A stretch of DNA of 63,847 bases, counting the filler, from Folioceros fuciformis (taxonomy: Eukaryota): assembly GCA_049999805.1 (NCBI GenBank). It is 3 parts of 2 records of this genome, joined end to end, with 100 filler letters (N's around TTAATTAATTAA, not from the genome) between each part and the next. Parts side by side here need not be neighbours in the genome. Positions count along the whole stretch, not along the records: positions 20,765 to 37,976 come from JBNGIO010006101.1; positions 38,077 to 63,847 come from JBNGIO010006104.1; 1 more part is not named here. The stretch is one strand, 5' to 3'. Of the stretch, positions 36,219-48,401 are shown in pieces. Position 1 is the stretch's first letter, and every line of letters starts with the position of its first letter. The notes beneath the pieces were generated by a model. That model saw only the letters and a program-made list of their open reading frames with translations, was not told where the DNA came from and did no database searches. Position numbers and translations under genes: made by a program.

Positions 36219-37934
36219 CAGTCAAACCCTTCTTATTATTGGAACCCCTATAAATGGAATTTCTCTTTTTATTGGAATCCCTATAAATGAAATTTTTCTT
36301 TTTATTGGAACCCCTATAAATGGAATTCCTCTAAACCCCCTTTTAATGGGTTTACTCCCTTGAATGTCTACATGCTAAGTAGAAATTCTCTAATTTGTAG
36401 TGAGAATATATCTCCCAAATATTCAATAATGTAATTATATAAAAGAAAAAATATTTTTTAAATAAAAAAAATTGAAGAAATCATCTCATCGAGATTAAAT
36501 CATGAGTTATTGAGATTATGTGAAGTTAAAGGTTATCAAGATTATATCATAAAACATAGACAGTCATCAAGATTGGGCCTATATACGTAGTAGTTCTTTA
36601 TTCTATGCTTTGTAGTAGTTCTGTATTCTATGTAGTAGTTCTGTATTCTATGCTTTGTGATCAGAAACGTTGTTCCTTGTACATAAACTGTTTCATTGTA
36701 CAAGTTGTCTTATGGTGTTGTAAGTTGTTATCTTGCTGTGAGATGTTTTGTATGCGTTCCTTACCTATTCTCTATCACATGTAGGAACAATGAAGCCCAA
36801 GCTGTTGCATAAGCAAGCTACCCTAACAAAGCAACAAAAGAAAGAAGTTTGCGAATATTATGTCCAAGACTCTTGCACACTTAAAGAGTTGACTAGATGG
36901 ACAACAAAGAAGTTTTCACTAGCAGCTTCTAAAAGTGCATTGTCTAGGATTGAGAATGACAAAGACAAATGGTTGGACCCTGCCATTGGTCCAACAACTA
37001 ATATGGCAGGAATAAGGGATAGACCAGTCGTATGCCCACAGGTTGACAATGCAGTACACGTTTGGGCTCTTGCAATCCAAGCTTAAGGTGCCACAATTTC
37101 AGATGACTTGCTTCGTGAATGCATCAAGTTGTATTGAGACTATCGTGACTATCAAGCAGTGGTTATGCTGGTAAAAGCTTGGACTTCAATTTGTGAGTCC
37201 TCATACCATACGCTATTGTTGGAGGCATAGCACTTTGAATGCGGAATTGCCTACACAAGATTCTCGGTTCTGTAAGTCTTTGGATCTAAAAAGCGCACCA
37301 TAAGATCTAGAGGATCCATTGTCGGATCCTCAAAATCACTCTAATTCGTTGGAAACGCAGGTAGAAGAGCTACAACAGTCCAAGCGAAGCTTAGCATAAT
37401 TAACATATGAGGATATGACAGGAAATGCCGATCTTGGATATCCAACGATGACAGCTGAAGAGTATTTGAACTTTAAGGAGGATGAAGGATTGAAGACTAC
37501 GTATATTCCTACAGAGGACGAAATATGGCAAGCATTAATCCCTCCGCCTGTCAATGAGAAGGGTGAAGAGAATGATGCAGCGTCAATGGAGACCATAGCG
37601 CCAAGACCGTGTACGACAAAGGATGCTATAGATAATGCTATGAAGATAGTGAAGATGTTTTTGGAAGAGATACTACATAACGCTCAGCATCAATCAAGGA
37701 TTGATGATTATTTTAACCCTTCAAACTAGAATTAGGTTGGCAGCTATGTAGCATGAGGGAGCATTTTGGTTTTTTTTGGTTTTTTTTAAGCTTTTACGCT
37801 CTTTTGAATTTTTGATTTAATTTTTTTTAAATATTTTTATTTTCAAAAAAGAAAAAAAAAAGCCTAAACGGGAACCCTCTAAATGGGACGATTTTTGCTA
37901 CTCCCAGTCGTTCCCAATCACAGGGGTCTGACAG
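36219..37934 (+). mobile_element. pogo/Tigger-like (Tc1/mariner superfamily) DNA transposon, non-autonomous deletion derivative
   Basis: TA flanks at 36217-18 and 37935-36; imperfect TIRs CAGTCAAACCC / GGGTCTGACAG; subterminal ATTGGAACCCCTATAAATGGAA repeats; HTH-psq/CENP-B-like ORF 36790-37086; C-terminal PIP box QSRIDDYF; no intact DDE domain. Confidence 0.8.
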
Positions 37935-37976
37935 TATTGGACAAGATTAAGATTTTGTTGTGCTCAATGTTGAGAT

Positions 37977-38076
37977 NNNNNNNNNNNNNNNNNNNNNNNN
38001 NNNNNNNNNNNNNNNNNNNNTTAATTAATTAANNNNNNNNNNNNNNNNNNNNNNNNNNNNNNNNNNNNNNNNNNNN
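37977..38076. other. Artificial contig linker N44-TTAATTAATTAA-N44
   Basis: Same structure as 20665-20764. Confidence 0.95.
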
Positions 38077-40891
38077 CTAACGGAAATAGTGGCTGGAGAA
38101 AGAACGCAGGTGTCAGGCTTTCCGTGAGCCTCAACTACGCAGGCAACGATCATCACACAGATCCGAGCACCGAGCACCGGCTTCTCGTGTCAGGCGGATG
38201 ACAACTGCATCTTCACACGGACAAACGCGAAGATTGGAATGAATTCCTATTCACCAGGGGCAGCCATCCCTCGGGAAATGCCGTAGGTGCGATCCAATCT
38301 TCCAGTCCAACGCAGACATTGCTCTACGCTTCCTCCGGCCGACGGGTAAGGACTATAGACCTCGTTCGATGTGGCTTAAATTGGAATGCCTACGAGAAGT
38401 TCACCACCTCGCCGGACTTGGCATTTAATGCAAGGCCTGAGGAACGGTTTTTCGGCTCAGACCGTCACGCAAGTTGCTTCCAAGCTCAGCTTCTTGAGTA
38501 AGCCAGATCTCGTTAGATGACTCTGCAGATGCCACTCTCACCAGCATCAGTATCAATGCTTGCTTGGTTCAAGTAGCAACCAGCATGATTGTTTCATGGA
38601 TTCCTTGGTGTCAAACATCCTGCGCAATAGCATGTGCAGGCCTAAAGATTACGCTCTGTATGTCAGTGTTGTCCATGTCTTTCTGGACTACAGAGTGAAC
38701 ATTGGTGAACAAAAAGCTTTTACTTGCAGGTGATCAGGAGGACGGCCTCCCTCACATCAGTTCAAGAGTGGCGATCACATGCCCAAGGTTGCTCACGGGG
38801 CTGCTAGCATGTAGCAACCCTGGTTTTTGTGTCAGCTCACAATTCTCTGTATGAAAATGCCTAGGTATCGACATGATCCATGGGACAGACGGCGGCTTCC
38901 CTACCTGCACGTGTTCCCAACACATGTTACGGCTCAGAAACCTGAAAACATCGCCTGTCGTGCTGCAAACATTACGTTCCGCAAAGAGAGTCATGTCTAC
39001 CGCAGTGAAGGGTCCTTCCATCTCCTATATATATATATGCATTTCCTCTGCCAGCATCCACAATGTATTCTCTACTTTGCCGACCTCAACTCATGAACTT
39101 CGGAACAGAACAGTATGAGCTCAACCATGTTGATGTATTCATGTTGTAAACTAGTATGATTCAATCGGAGCCTGGATTGTGCTGCCTGCAGGCGTGCGAT
39201 AGAAAATCATCTTGCGAAGTTAGAGACCTCTGGATGGTTTCGTCCCCATTGTGCTGAAAATTGATGATCCTCCGGTTTCGGCATGCGGGTTGTCGCACGT
39301 GCACCTGCTTTGAGCTTCGACATCCCGATGTATGCCCAGTCTGTGATCGACGCAACCGTTTCCAGAGCTATCAACTCAACTCTGGATGCAGTACTGAATG
39401 CGTCTGAGTTGTTCGTTCTTAGCACCGGGGATGTAGGTTGGTACCAGGCAGCCGTCGGCCATTAGGATTCCTTGATTATGGTGCCGCAGTCAAGACATAC
39501 CTACTGCAGATTTCCTCTCGTTGTTTGGAAGAGTTCGGATTTATCGAACAGGTTGAACGGTGGTGGTGACGAACTCAGAGAATGCCTTGCAAACAATCGA
39601 AAAGGACGTCATCCTTTGGCGCCTTCAGAATAGTCGACACTGTTCGGGTTAGACAAAAACCTCTACCCGAGCCTCTGTTGTCACTCGTACATGACAACAT
39701 GCTTCCCGGGAGGAACATCAGCGGCCCAGTCTCCCTGAATCACTTGGGAACTGGTCCACGGGATCAGTCCTGCAATCAGCTCTGTGCATGTCCTGCAATC
39801 AGCTCTGTGCAATCAACTCTTGTCGACCTACTGTCATAAACAACATCCGGTTCGAGGATATCCTGGAAGTGACATCGAGCAACTTAACCCCTGAAGCAGT
39901 GCACGCTGACATCGTTGGATCCTAAGATTCGGGCACATGCGGAGGTGTGTTACAGCTGGCCTCTACTCATCCGCCTTACAGTTGGACGTGGGTGTATATG
40001 CATAAAATCATTCGGGCTGTTAGGCAGGGCGGGAAAAACAGGTTCGTACAGCACCCTCAAGGGAATGGTACTCGGGTGACAACTGGCGTAGAATATGTAC
40101 ATACGGCGGTGTTATACTCGGCACGCTCGGACCCCAGGCTTTCGTCCAACAACCGGTCGTCCGTTAGCGAACTTCTTCCTCAAGGAAGCAAAAGATCGGT
40201 CGTTGAGATAACGTACCTATGTCCACATAGGCATTCAAAGGGCTTCTATTGATCCTGTCACGCGAACTATGGGTCACACAGCAAGAGCGCGAGGAGCCCC
40301 CGCATCGCAAAGGTAGATCCTTCGCTTGCTACGCCCAGATATGCGAATCCTGCCTGGGACATCTTCTTACGCCTCGGTGGATTGTCCCTTCCTGGCGGCG
40401 TCAAAAGCAGTAAAGCGGTCACCCTGTTGCATAGCATAGGGAGTCCATAGACAAGACACATGAGAAAGTAAGAAAGAGCACAGCCACAGGAATCCGCATT
40501 GGGAGATTTTTTCAAGGCCGTCAAAATAAGAAGGATGCTCAATACCGAACTACAACCCCCTCCAAACTCTGCATACCTCCGCGCGTGGCAACTACGCGGA
40601 CATGACGTCCAAGGCAGGACGGTACCATTATTCACGCCATTCAACTCAACTAAATTGCCACCTTCATCTGTTGCCCTGCCCAAAACTGGGATGTCGGCTT
40701 GCTGCTAAGATCATGACCATCTCCGCCATGACAAAAAAAAAATATCAGTGGTGCCACTGTTGTCCATCGGTGTCCTACATCCCGCAAATGCTCCCTCTCA
40801 CAATACAAACTCCCGCTAACTATGATACTGGAGCGTGACATGAGTACGCTACAAAGAATGGTGCGCTAGTGTTACAAATACGCCCGGTGTG

Positions 40892-42258
40892 TCACAAAAC
40901 AATGGCGGCCTTCTCCCGAGACTGGGAGACTCTCGCAAAAATAGGCTCATAATGGTCTGCACCAGCCCCGCACCACCCTGCACCACAACAAGGGGCTTTA
41001 AGGGTTAGATCGGTACGCGACACAAGGGCAGATGAAAGATGGTGGAAAACTGACAGACTCCCCTCTTACCTGTGCCCTTCATGAAGAGGAATGCCGGCGG
41101 GTGGCGGACTTGAGCCTGGGTGTTAGGGCGATGCGGCAAAAAGAAGAGGCAGTTGGCCGCCTCCACAATAGCGTCGGATCCGTGAGCCTGAACCTGCATT
41201 GTCGTGTTTGCGAGGGAAGACATCCCAAGACATGAGCGTGGATGCCAGATCTGAACACAAACCCTAAGACGAAGTTAGCTGAAGGAATGACGAGAAGCTT
41301 ACCACGAAAATTTCACGCTCGTATTCTGAGGCCAGGCAATCGATAGCTAGGTCATCACCGAAGGCCGCGGCGCGGCCTTGCCTATTCTCGTCCACGCTAA
41401 GAAGACCTTCCTCGGTGTAGAGCAGGCTGATGATGTCGTACACGTCCGATGAGCTCCCTGTGATGGACATGTACTTGGCCCAACTGCCGCCTTCTTCCAC
41501 GGCCAAGCAACGCTCTTTGTACACCGACTCCGCGGCGGCATCCCTGGCATCGAACGAGATCAAAGCGATGAGCAATGCTGACCTGAAACTGCATCCACTG
41601 GATCTCTGCAGCACTCCATTCCACTCCTTTTCCACCCTTCCCAGCCATCTCACTCACCTGGTTACTCCGACCGTGACCAGTTCCTGGATAGCAGTGTCCA
41701 GCGCCTCCCTGTCCGCGCGGCAGGCGAGCAATTTGAGCTCCTGCACGACATGGACGCCCCATCCGGTGGACAGATCCGGCGCATACAGATGCGAAATCAT
41801 AGAGTCCAGATCCCGCGCCGCAGCAGCGGTCGCGGCATCGTAGTCTTGCTGGAAGCGCTTCACGGTGCGGAGGCGAACCTCCAGCGGGCTCTCCTGCAGC
41901 TGCATTGCCTGCCGGAAGGCGGTAAAGAGGCAGTTACCGTCGGCTTCCACATCTCCGCCGTGGTGCAGCGTGTAGAGAGCCGTGAGGGCGGGCTTGGCGG
42001 GATGCGTCCACAGCACGCCCTGCGACGCCACCTTCCGGAGCGCCTTGAGCTGCACGGCGTCCAGTCCTCCCACCGCATCCCACNNNNNNNNNNNNNNNNN
42101 NNNNNNNNNNNNNNNNNNNNNNNNNNNNNNNNNNNNNNNNNNNNNNNNNNNNNNNNNNNNNNNNNNNNNNNNNNNNNNNNNNNCCACACCTGGTGGCACG
42201 GCGGCTGGAAGGTCTCGGCCACCGCCGTGGAGCCTTCGAACGTGGTGCTCTTGCCCAT
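40892..42258 (-). CDS. Conserved plant protein with OTU-like cysteine-protease motifs; exons 42258-41658 (contains a 100-N gap), 41543-41303, 41193-41070, 40977-40892
   Basis: GGDVEADGNCLF (Cys box), FGDDLAI..LA.EY.REIFVV and GWCGAGADHYEP (His box) joined by canonical splice sites. Confidence 0.8.
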
Positions 42259-42889
42259 GGGAGCCAAGCTGCGCCCTCGGCCGCACCGTGGGAGAGGCGA
42301 GCGCGCTCAGCCTAAGGTTGGCGCGACTGCGCCATGAGGAGGGAAAGTCGGGGGAACTTGGGAGGAGAGAGCAAAGCGCTCGCCAGCCACTCAGCGGGAG
42401 AAGAAAGACAGGCAGGCAAAGTGGGCCTCTCCCTGGCACGTCAGTCAGCAGTCCACGGCCGACCGTTGGGCTAACAGGCGCACTGATCACTCCGTTCCGT
42501 TCCCACCCTGTTACGAACACCCTGTTCCACCCCGTTAAACAGAACCCTCGCTGGAAAAAGGTTGATAACGAAGCTATTCTTCAACTAATGCATGCAAATT
42601 TCAATCTAAAATTAAATATGAATATATGTATAAGGAACAGATCATGATACTAGAATTCATGGACTTTATTTTTATTATTAATTCTATACATAATAATAGT
42701 ATAAATAATATTAATATATTATAATAATCATATAGAACAGATGTGCATATATATATTCTTCGTACTATCATATGCATAGTCCAATATATTCCAATATGAT
42801 TCTTCTTAGCTTAAATAAATATGTTAGATTAATTTGTTATTTTTAATCAAATCTTGAGGATAGCATGTGCCTCACATTATTTTGAATAC

Positions 42890-43272
42890 CACTTAAACTT
42901 GTTATTGGACGCATTTAACAATGTTATGATAAATTTTTTTAATTCATTTTATATGTGAAATTAAATAGTACAATTTTACCCAAGCAGCCATTGTGGAATA
43001 AAACCTTGTGTCCAGAGACACTTAAACTTGTTATTGGATGCACTTAGCAATGTTATGATAAAAAAATTTAACTCATTTTATATGTGAAATCAAATAGTGT
43101 AATTTTACCCAAGCAGCCATTGTGAAATAAAATCTCTTGCCCAGAAACACTTAAACTTGTTATTGGATGCACTTAACAATGTTATGATAAAAAAATTTAA
43201 CTCATTTTATACGTGAAATCAAATAGTGCAATTTTACCCAAGTAGCCAATGTAAAATAAAATCTTGTGTCCA
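42890..43272. repeat. AT-rich 129-bp tandem repeat, 3 copies
   Basis: ACTTAAACTTGTTATTGGA... starts at 42891, 43020 and 43149. Confidence 0.9.
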
Positions 43273-44379
43273 TATAGACATCGTCAGATCCACATTCACC
43301 TTCTATGTTGTTGTAGTAGTAAGATTCACTCCAAGGGAATGATTTGTGGCAAGGAAGGCTAATTTCTATTAGTACTGACCCTTACTAAGTTAAGACTCAT
43401 CTACTACCGCCCCTACTACCTACCTGCTCGGCCACTACTACCCTCAGTTAGCCCGGCTACTACAAACCCTACTCTACGACTCTAGTTCCAACTTCACAAC
43501 TACAGTCGCTATTTCTGCGACTAGTAGTTGTTTCCACGACTATGGTGGGACCCAACCAATACCCTCACTAATATTTTTCCAGCTCACGTGCCGCCGCGGA
43601 TTTCCTCCACGAGTTTCTGCTCCAAGGGCTTCCAAACTCACAGATATGACCTTATTGGATGTACTCCACACATGCAAATGCCAATCATGTGAGAAACAAG
43701 ACCCCGCGAATCAGCCACACTCCTTCACACACACATGCAAGACTCTTCACATATGCAAAACACACGAGAGCTCTGGTTCACACTTGTTTCTCACAGGCCT
43801 GATTCCAAATGTCTCCAATCTTCTAGTAATGTGCACAAGTCTCCAACAATCCCTCCGCAATCTCCCTTAATCTCCAACAATCTTCTTCAGTTAGTGACAG
43901 TTAGTTCTTCTTCTCAATCTCAATCTCTTACCTCTCACATTGCATCGCGTTCAGTGATCAACCACTCTTTCTCTCTTGCCTCACACCTCGCATCGTGTTC
44001 AGTGCTTGGCCGCCCTCCTCTCTTTCTCTTTTCAGCTCACTCACACATTCTCTTCACTCATCCCTTCAATCTTCGTCTTCACACACACTTCCACACTCAG
44101 AATTTCAGAACACAGCCAGCATTTCAGGGAAATAGGGAAGGGGAAGCTTCTAGACGTCACAACAGGCATTACAAGCAAGCTCCAAACCCGCCCCACGCTA
44201 ATCCAGCTCCTCTTCCGTTGTCAACAAGACTTGCTCAGTCATTCCCCTCACCACTAGTTGTGGAGCAAAGCTCTCAACCACCCCTAGCAGCTTCTCGCAC
44301 ACACTATCCACCCAGACCAGACCTCTTCAATCCAACCATAGGAAGTGCGGGGATCTCAACCGGGAAGTTGTCTAATTAG

Positions 44380-46560
44380 AGAGGCTCCAACAGGCCTCTT
44401 TATACAAAGTTTGCAAAGCGGGTATATTTGGCAGCTAGTATGTTGCTAGTGTTGGAAAAACCCACCTCAAACGTGCATCTTATTGCCGTGGGGGAGGTAT
44501 TTCTGTGCCTTATCAGTCGAAGTATTGTAATTCAACTTCCGGAGCACTTCCAAGCGCGTCTTGCACCCCACCAATTTGGGATTGCTACCCCATGTGGGTT
44601 TGAATCTACTGCCCTCGGCATGCAAGCAGCCCTCGAGTTACATTCTTACTATATAGCTTTGCAGGTTGATATCGAGAATGCTTTAAACACCGTCTTGAAG
44701 GTCACGATCTTCTCATCACTTAAAAGTGCAGAAGGTTAATTGGCTTGTCTCATCCCTTTCATTCGCTCCTTTTATGGCTTCACCATCCAAGCTTTACTGT
44801 TAGCACGACCCGACTATTAAAGGGGTCTTAGTTTTTTATTCAGAAATGGGCACAAGGCAAGGGGTCAGTTTTTGATTCAGCAATTAGCACGAGGCAAGGT
44901 GTCAATTTTTTATTCAACGATGGGCACAAGGCAAGAGGATCCACTAGGGGGTGGTCTTTTTGCAATGGCAGATTTCGAGCATTGTCTTCTACAGCCTTCA
45001 CATCTTAGGAATGCCTTTTTCTGATTTGTGCTGATGACTCTCGTATTCTTAGGCAAGGAGTAATAGTGAAAGCAGTATTTGATTTCTTCTTGTCGGAGCT
45101 CTCCAAAGTGGGGTTGAGGGGTAAGCTGTTTAAATGCAGGGTTTGGTCCCCTTCAGGCATCACTCTTCCCTCCTCCTTCAATATTTGGGGGTGGAAGTGT
45201 ATTGCCCCTTCACATGGACTTCGAGTCTTGGGGGTTCTTTTAAGACCTCCTTATTTTGTTTATAGGTTGGTGGATATAGGATGAAAATTAAGTTCATATC
45301 ATGAACCTCTCACACACCAATGACCTTCAAATTGTGTTTGATATTCTTTCTTCGTGTTTTGCTTGATGATTAAGTTACCTCACTAGAATTGTTGCGCCTT
45401 CTCCAATTTTCCTATAAGTCTCAAAAAGTTCGACAATCAAGTTATGCAGGTTGTTGGGGACATCATACGTCCCAACACCTTTGAGTATATCGTTGGTGAT
45501 TTGGCTCGGAGGAAGGCTTCCTTGCCGATCGCCTTCGGAGGAGTTCGCTTTTTGGCCATGGAGGCCTTTGCCCAAACTGCCTTTCTTGGTAGCTAGGCCC
45601 TCTCAACTCCAATTTTGGCCTTTCGTTTTTTGCTGCAAGATTTCCTTCTTGTAAAAGGTTTGATCCCAAGCGTTGAAGAGGGCGTTTTCCCTTTATAGGT
45701 ATCTCTTAGGCAAGTAAGGGACTCTTTAACTTTGGAGGCTCATGAGGCTTTGCCTCTTTTCACCTCCTTTTCTAGGGAAGGGTTGAGATGTCTTAAAGCC
45801 TCCCTCCTAGAAAAGCAATATGACCAGGCAGTAAGAGCCCTTTTTTTCAAACATATCCATACCTAGGTTTTCTCGAGCACTTATTCGTTCTTATTGAGGT
45901 AAAGGAGCAAGCTCTTGGCTTAAGTCTTGATCTTGCATCCAAGCGTTTCGAATCCCACCAGCAAGTTTCGCCACTGCAATGAGATTTCACTTAAGTTTGG
46001 CCCACCCATTGGCTTTTTCTCTCTCTAGATGCAATTGTGGGGTTGTCATTGTCGATATAAGGTCCTATCTAGTATGTTGTCCCGTTAAGGGGCACCGCAT
46101 TGTCACCCATGATGCAATTTGAGATGTCATGTTCTTAATGGTTAAGGAGTACGTTTTTTTCACTAGGAGAAATAGATTTGTGTCATTAATGTGGTTGTTA
46201 CGAATTCCACTAAGGATTTGATTTGTGAGCACGTTGTTATCAATCCCCCCATATAGGTGGCGGAGGGTTATGCAAGCACCCAAATCCATAAGTATTCTCT
46301 CTTGCAAGATAGGCATATTTTCATCCCCCTTGCTCTTGAGACTCATAGGGCCATGGGGCAAGGACTTTTCAATGTTCATCAAAGAGTGCGCCAAGGTATA
46401 TCAAAGTCATAGGAATGGTGTTCTCCCTCTTTCCTTTGTGGTGGCCTTCGTTCGACAATGTGTATCCATTGTTTTGCAAAGAGAGCATTGGCCAATGTTG
46501 TGTTTAGAACAACAATTTAGCACAAGTCAAACGACTTCTTCGGGCATGAGTGGTAAGTAG
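44380..46560 (+). mobile_element. Degenerate non-LTR retrotransposon, CRE-like (RT + CCHC + restriction-like endonuclease)
   Basis: LEKP..VHLIAVGEV, LAPHQFGI, LQVDIENALNTV, RQEDPLGGGLFA, CADD, LRVLGV, GASSWL, CNCG..RIVTHD, and RLE-type tail FSSPLL...FIKEC...RQCVSIVLQR; many stops and frameshifts. Confidence 0.75.
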
Positions 46561-46685
46561 GTCTTTTGTTATTCCAAATCATGACATTTAAGGTCTTTTA
46601 TTATTCCACATCATGACATATAAGGTCTTTTGTTATTCCACATCATGACATTTAAGGTCTTTTATTATTCCACATCATGACATTA
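46558..46685. repeat. ~31-32-bp tandem repeat, 4 copies, at the 3' end of the CRE-like element
   Basis: AAGGTCTTTT(G/A)TTATTCCACATCATGACAT(T/A) units. Confidence 0.85.
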
Positions 46686-48401
46686 TGGGAGCCATAGGTA
46701 ATTTTTGAAAATGATGTTCAAAAGGGCTAGTACCTTTTGGCCTTGCTCAGGTTGTTCTCTAATCTTTGAAGAGCAAGGTTGTTCTCTAATCTTTGAAGAG
46801 CAAGGTTGTTCTCTAATCTTTGGAGTAAAGGAAGGGGACTTTCTCTCTTTTTTTTTTCAATAATACAAATTTTAGAAAATAATGAAATTATGATTGTAAC
46901 GACACAGCTTGAAGATACAATGATGGAACATATTGTTTAATGTTAATAGTTTGCCTGTTGTACAAGTTAAAGTTATTCATGATATAATAAGGATAATAAT
47001 AATATATCATATGATAGTAAATATATAAAAAAGATTTATCATATAACAAAAATTCTTTATCTTTTGTCGAGCTCATTGTAAGGCCGTGACTATACATGAC
47101 TTGTCGAGCTCATGTAAGGCTGTGAATATGCCGTGACTACTAAAAATGACTGTCTTCTCAAACCAACCAAAGCAAGAAAGGAAGGCATAAATGAGCGCCT
47201 TCTCAAACCAAGGCGCCTTCTCAAACCAACCAAAGTAAGAAAGAAAGAGGATTGGTTTAGCGTGATAGAGACTACTTCATGTTGTTGGGCTCATGTTATT
47301 GGGCAGCATTTCATCCCTTCCTCCTTTTGACATACCCCGTTAAGGAATGCTTGTTGGAAAAGATTTAGTTTGGAAACCGAATTCTTAGGTGAGCTCAATC
47401 ATCGTGCCAATGCTGTATTAGCTGTGTGGTGCAATCCATTCGGTTTGTCCAGATGGGTTGTCCTTAGAGATCTGAATATGAATTTCTTAAGCATCCAATC
47501 ATCCAATGTTCCTACTCCAGTTGTACTGAAGCGTAATTGCAGCAACGAGGGTCGAAGAGCAGGAGAAACCGTGGGGGGGGGAAGGACGATGCTGTGGGAG
47601 GGAAGGACGACCCAAGCCGACCCGACATGTTGCGAGAGGAAGGCAGGTGCAGAGGGAGGGTTATGGGAGAGGTACATCCCAAGAGGAAGAGGAGTTGAAG
47701 GAGACGGAGAAGGAGGAGGGACGAAGCATGCAGAGTACTGCATGTATGTAAGCTGTGCCAGGCGCGGCGCGGGGAGTTATGGTGTTGACGGAGGAGGGAA
47801 AGTGGGCGAGCCAGCGTGGCGGAAGTGTGGGCCGAGCTCAGACGGCGTACAATTGGCAGTGGCTGCATTAATTGGGAATGCGTTGGCCCTTGGGCCCCTG
47901 GGCCCTGCCCTGCGGGGCCGGCCCTGGTCCGGGTCCGGGTCCTGGTCCTGGTCCTGGTCCTGGCCTGTCCCGGCAGCACTGCACTGCACTGCATTCCCCT
48001 TCCTTTTGCCTCGCCTTGCATCCCATTTTGCCTTGCCAAGAGCACAGGCCTTTTGGCGGGAAGGGAAACTGATGGGAACTGGAAGGAGGAAGGCTGGGGC
48101 TGTTTCCGCTCTACAAACTTAGTCTAGTCTAGAGTAGTCTAGTCCGCTCCCCTTCCCTCCGCTCCCCTGCGCTTACCCTCCTGCCGCCGGGTGTTCCAGC
48201 GTCCAGGAGGTGGACTAGTACCCGGCGGGCAGCAGCGCAGCCGCGCAAGTCGAGGCAGGGGGGAGGGGGAAAGCTGGAGGGGAAGGGGAAGGGGAAGAAG
48301 AAGAAGAGGTAGCTGCTGCTGCTGCAGCAGCAGCAGCAGCAGCAGGCCAAGGCGAGGCAGGGACGACGACCGTGATGTAATGTAGCGCGGGCCTCGCGTC
48401 C

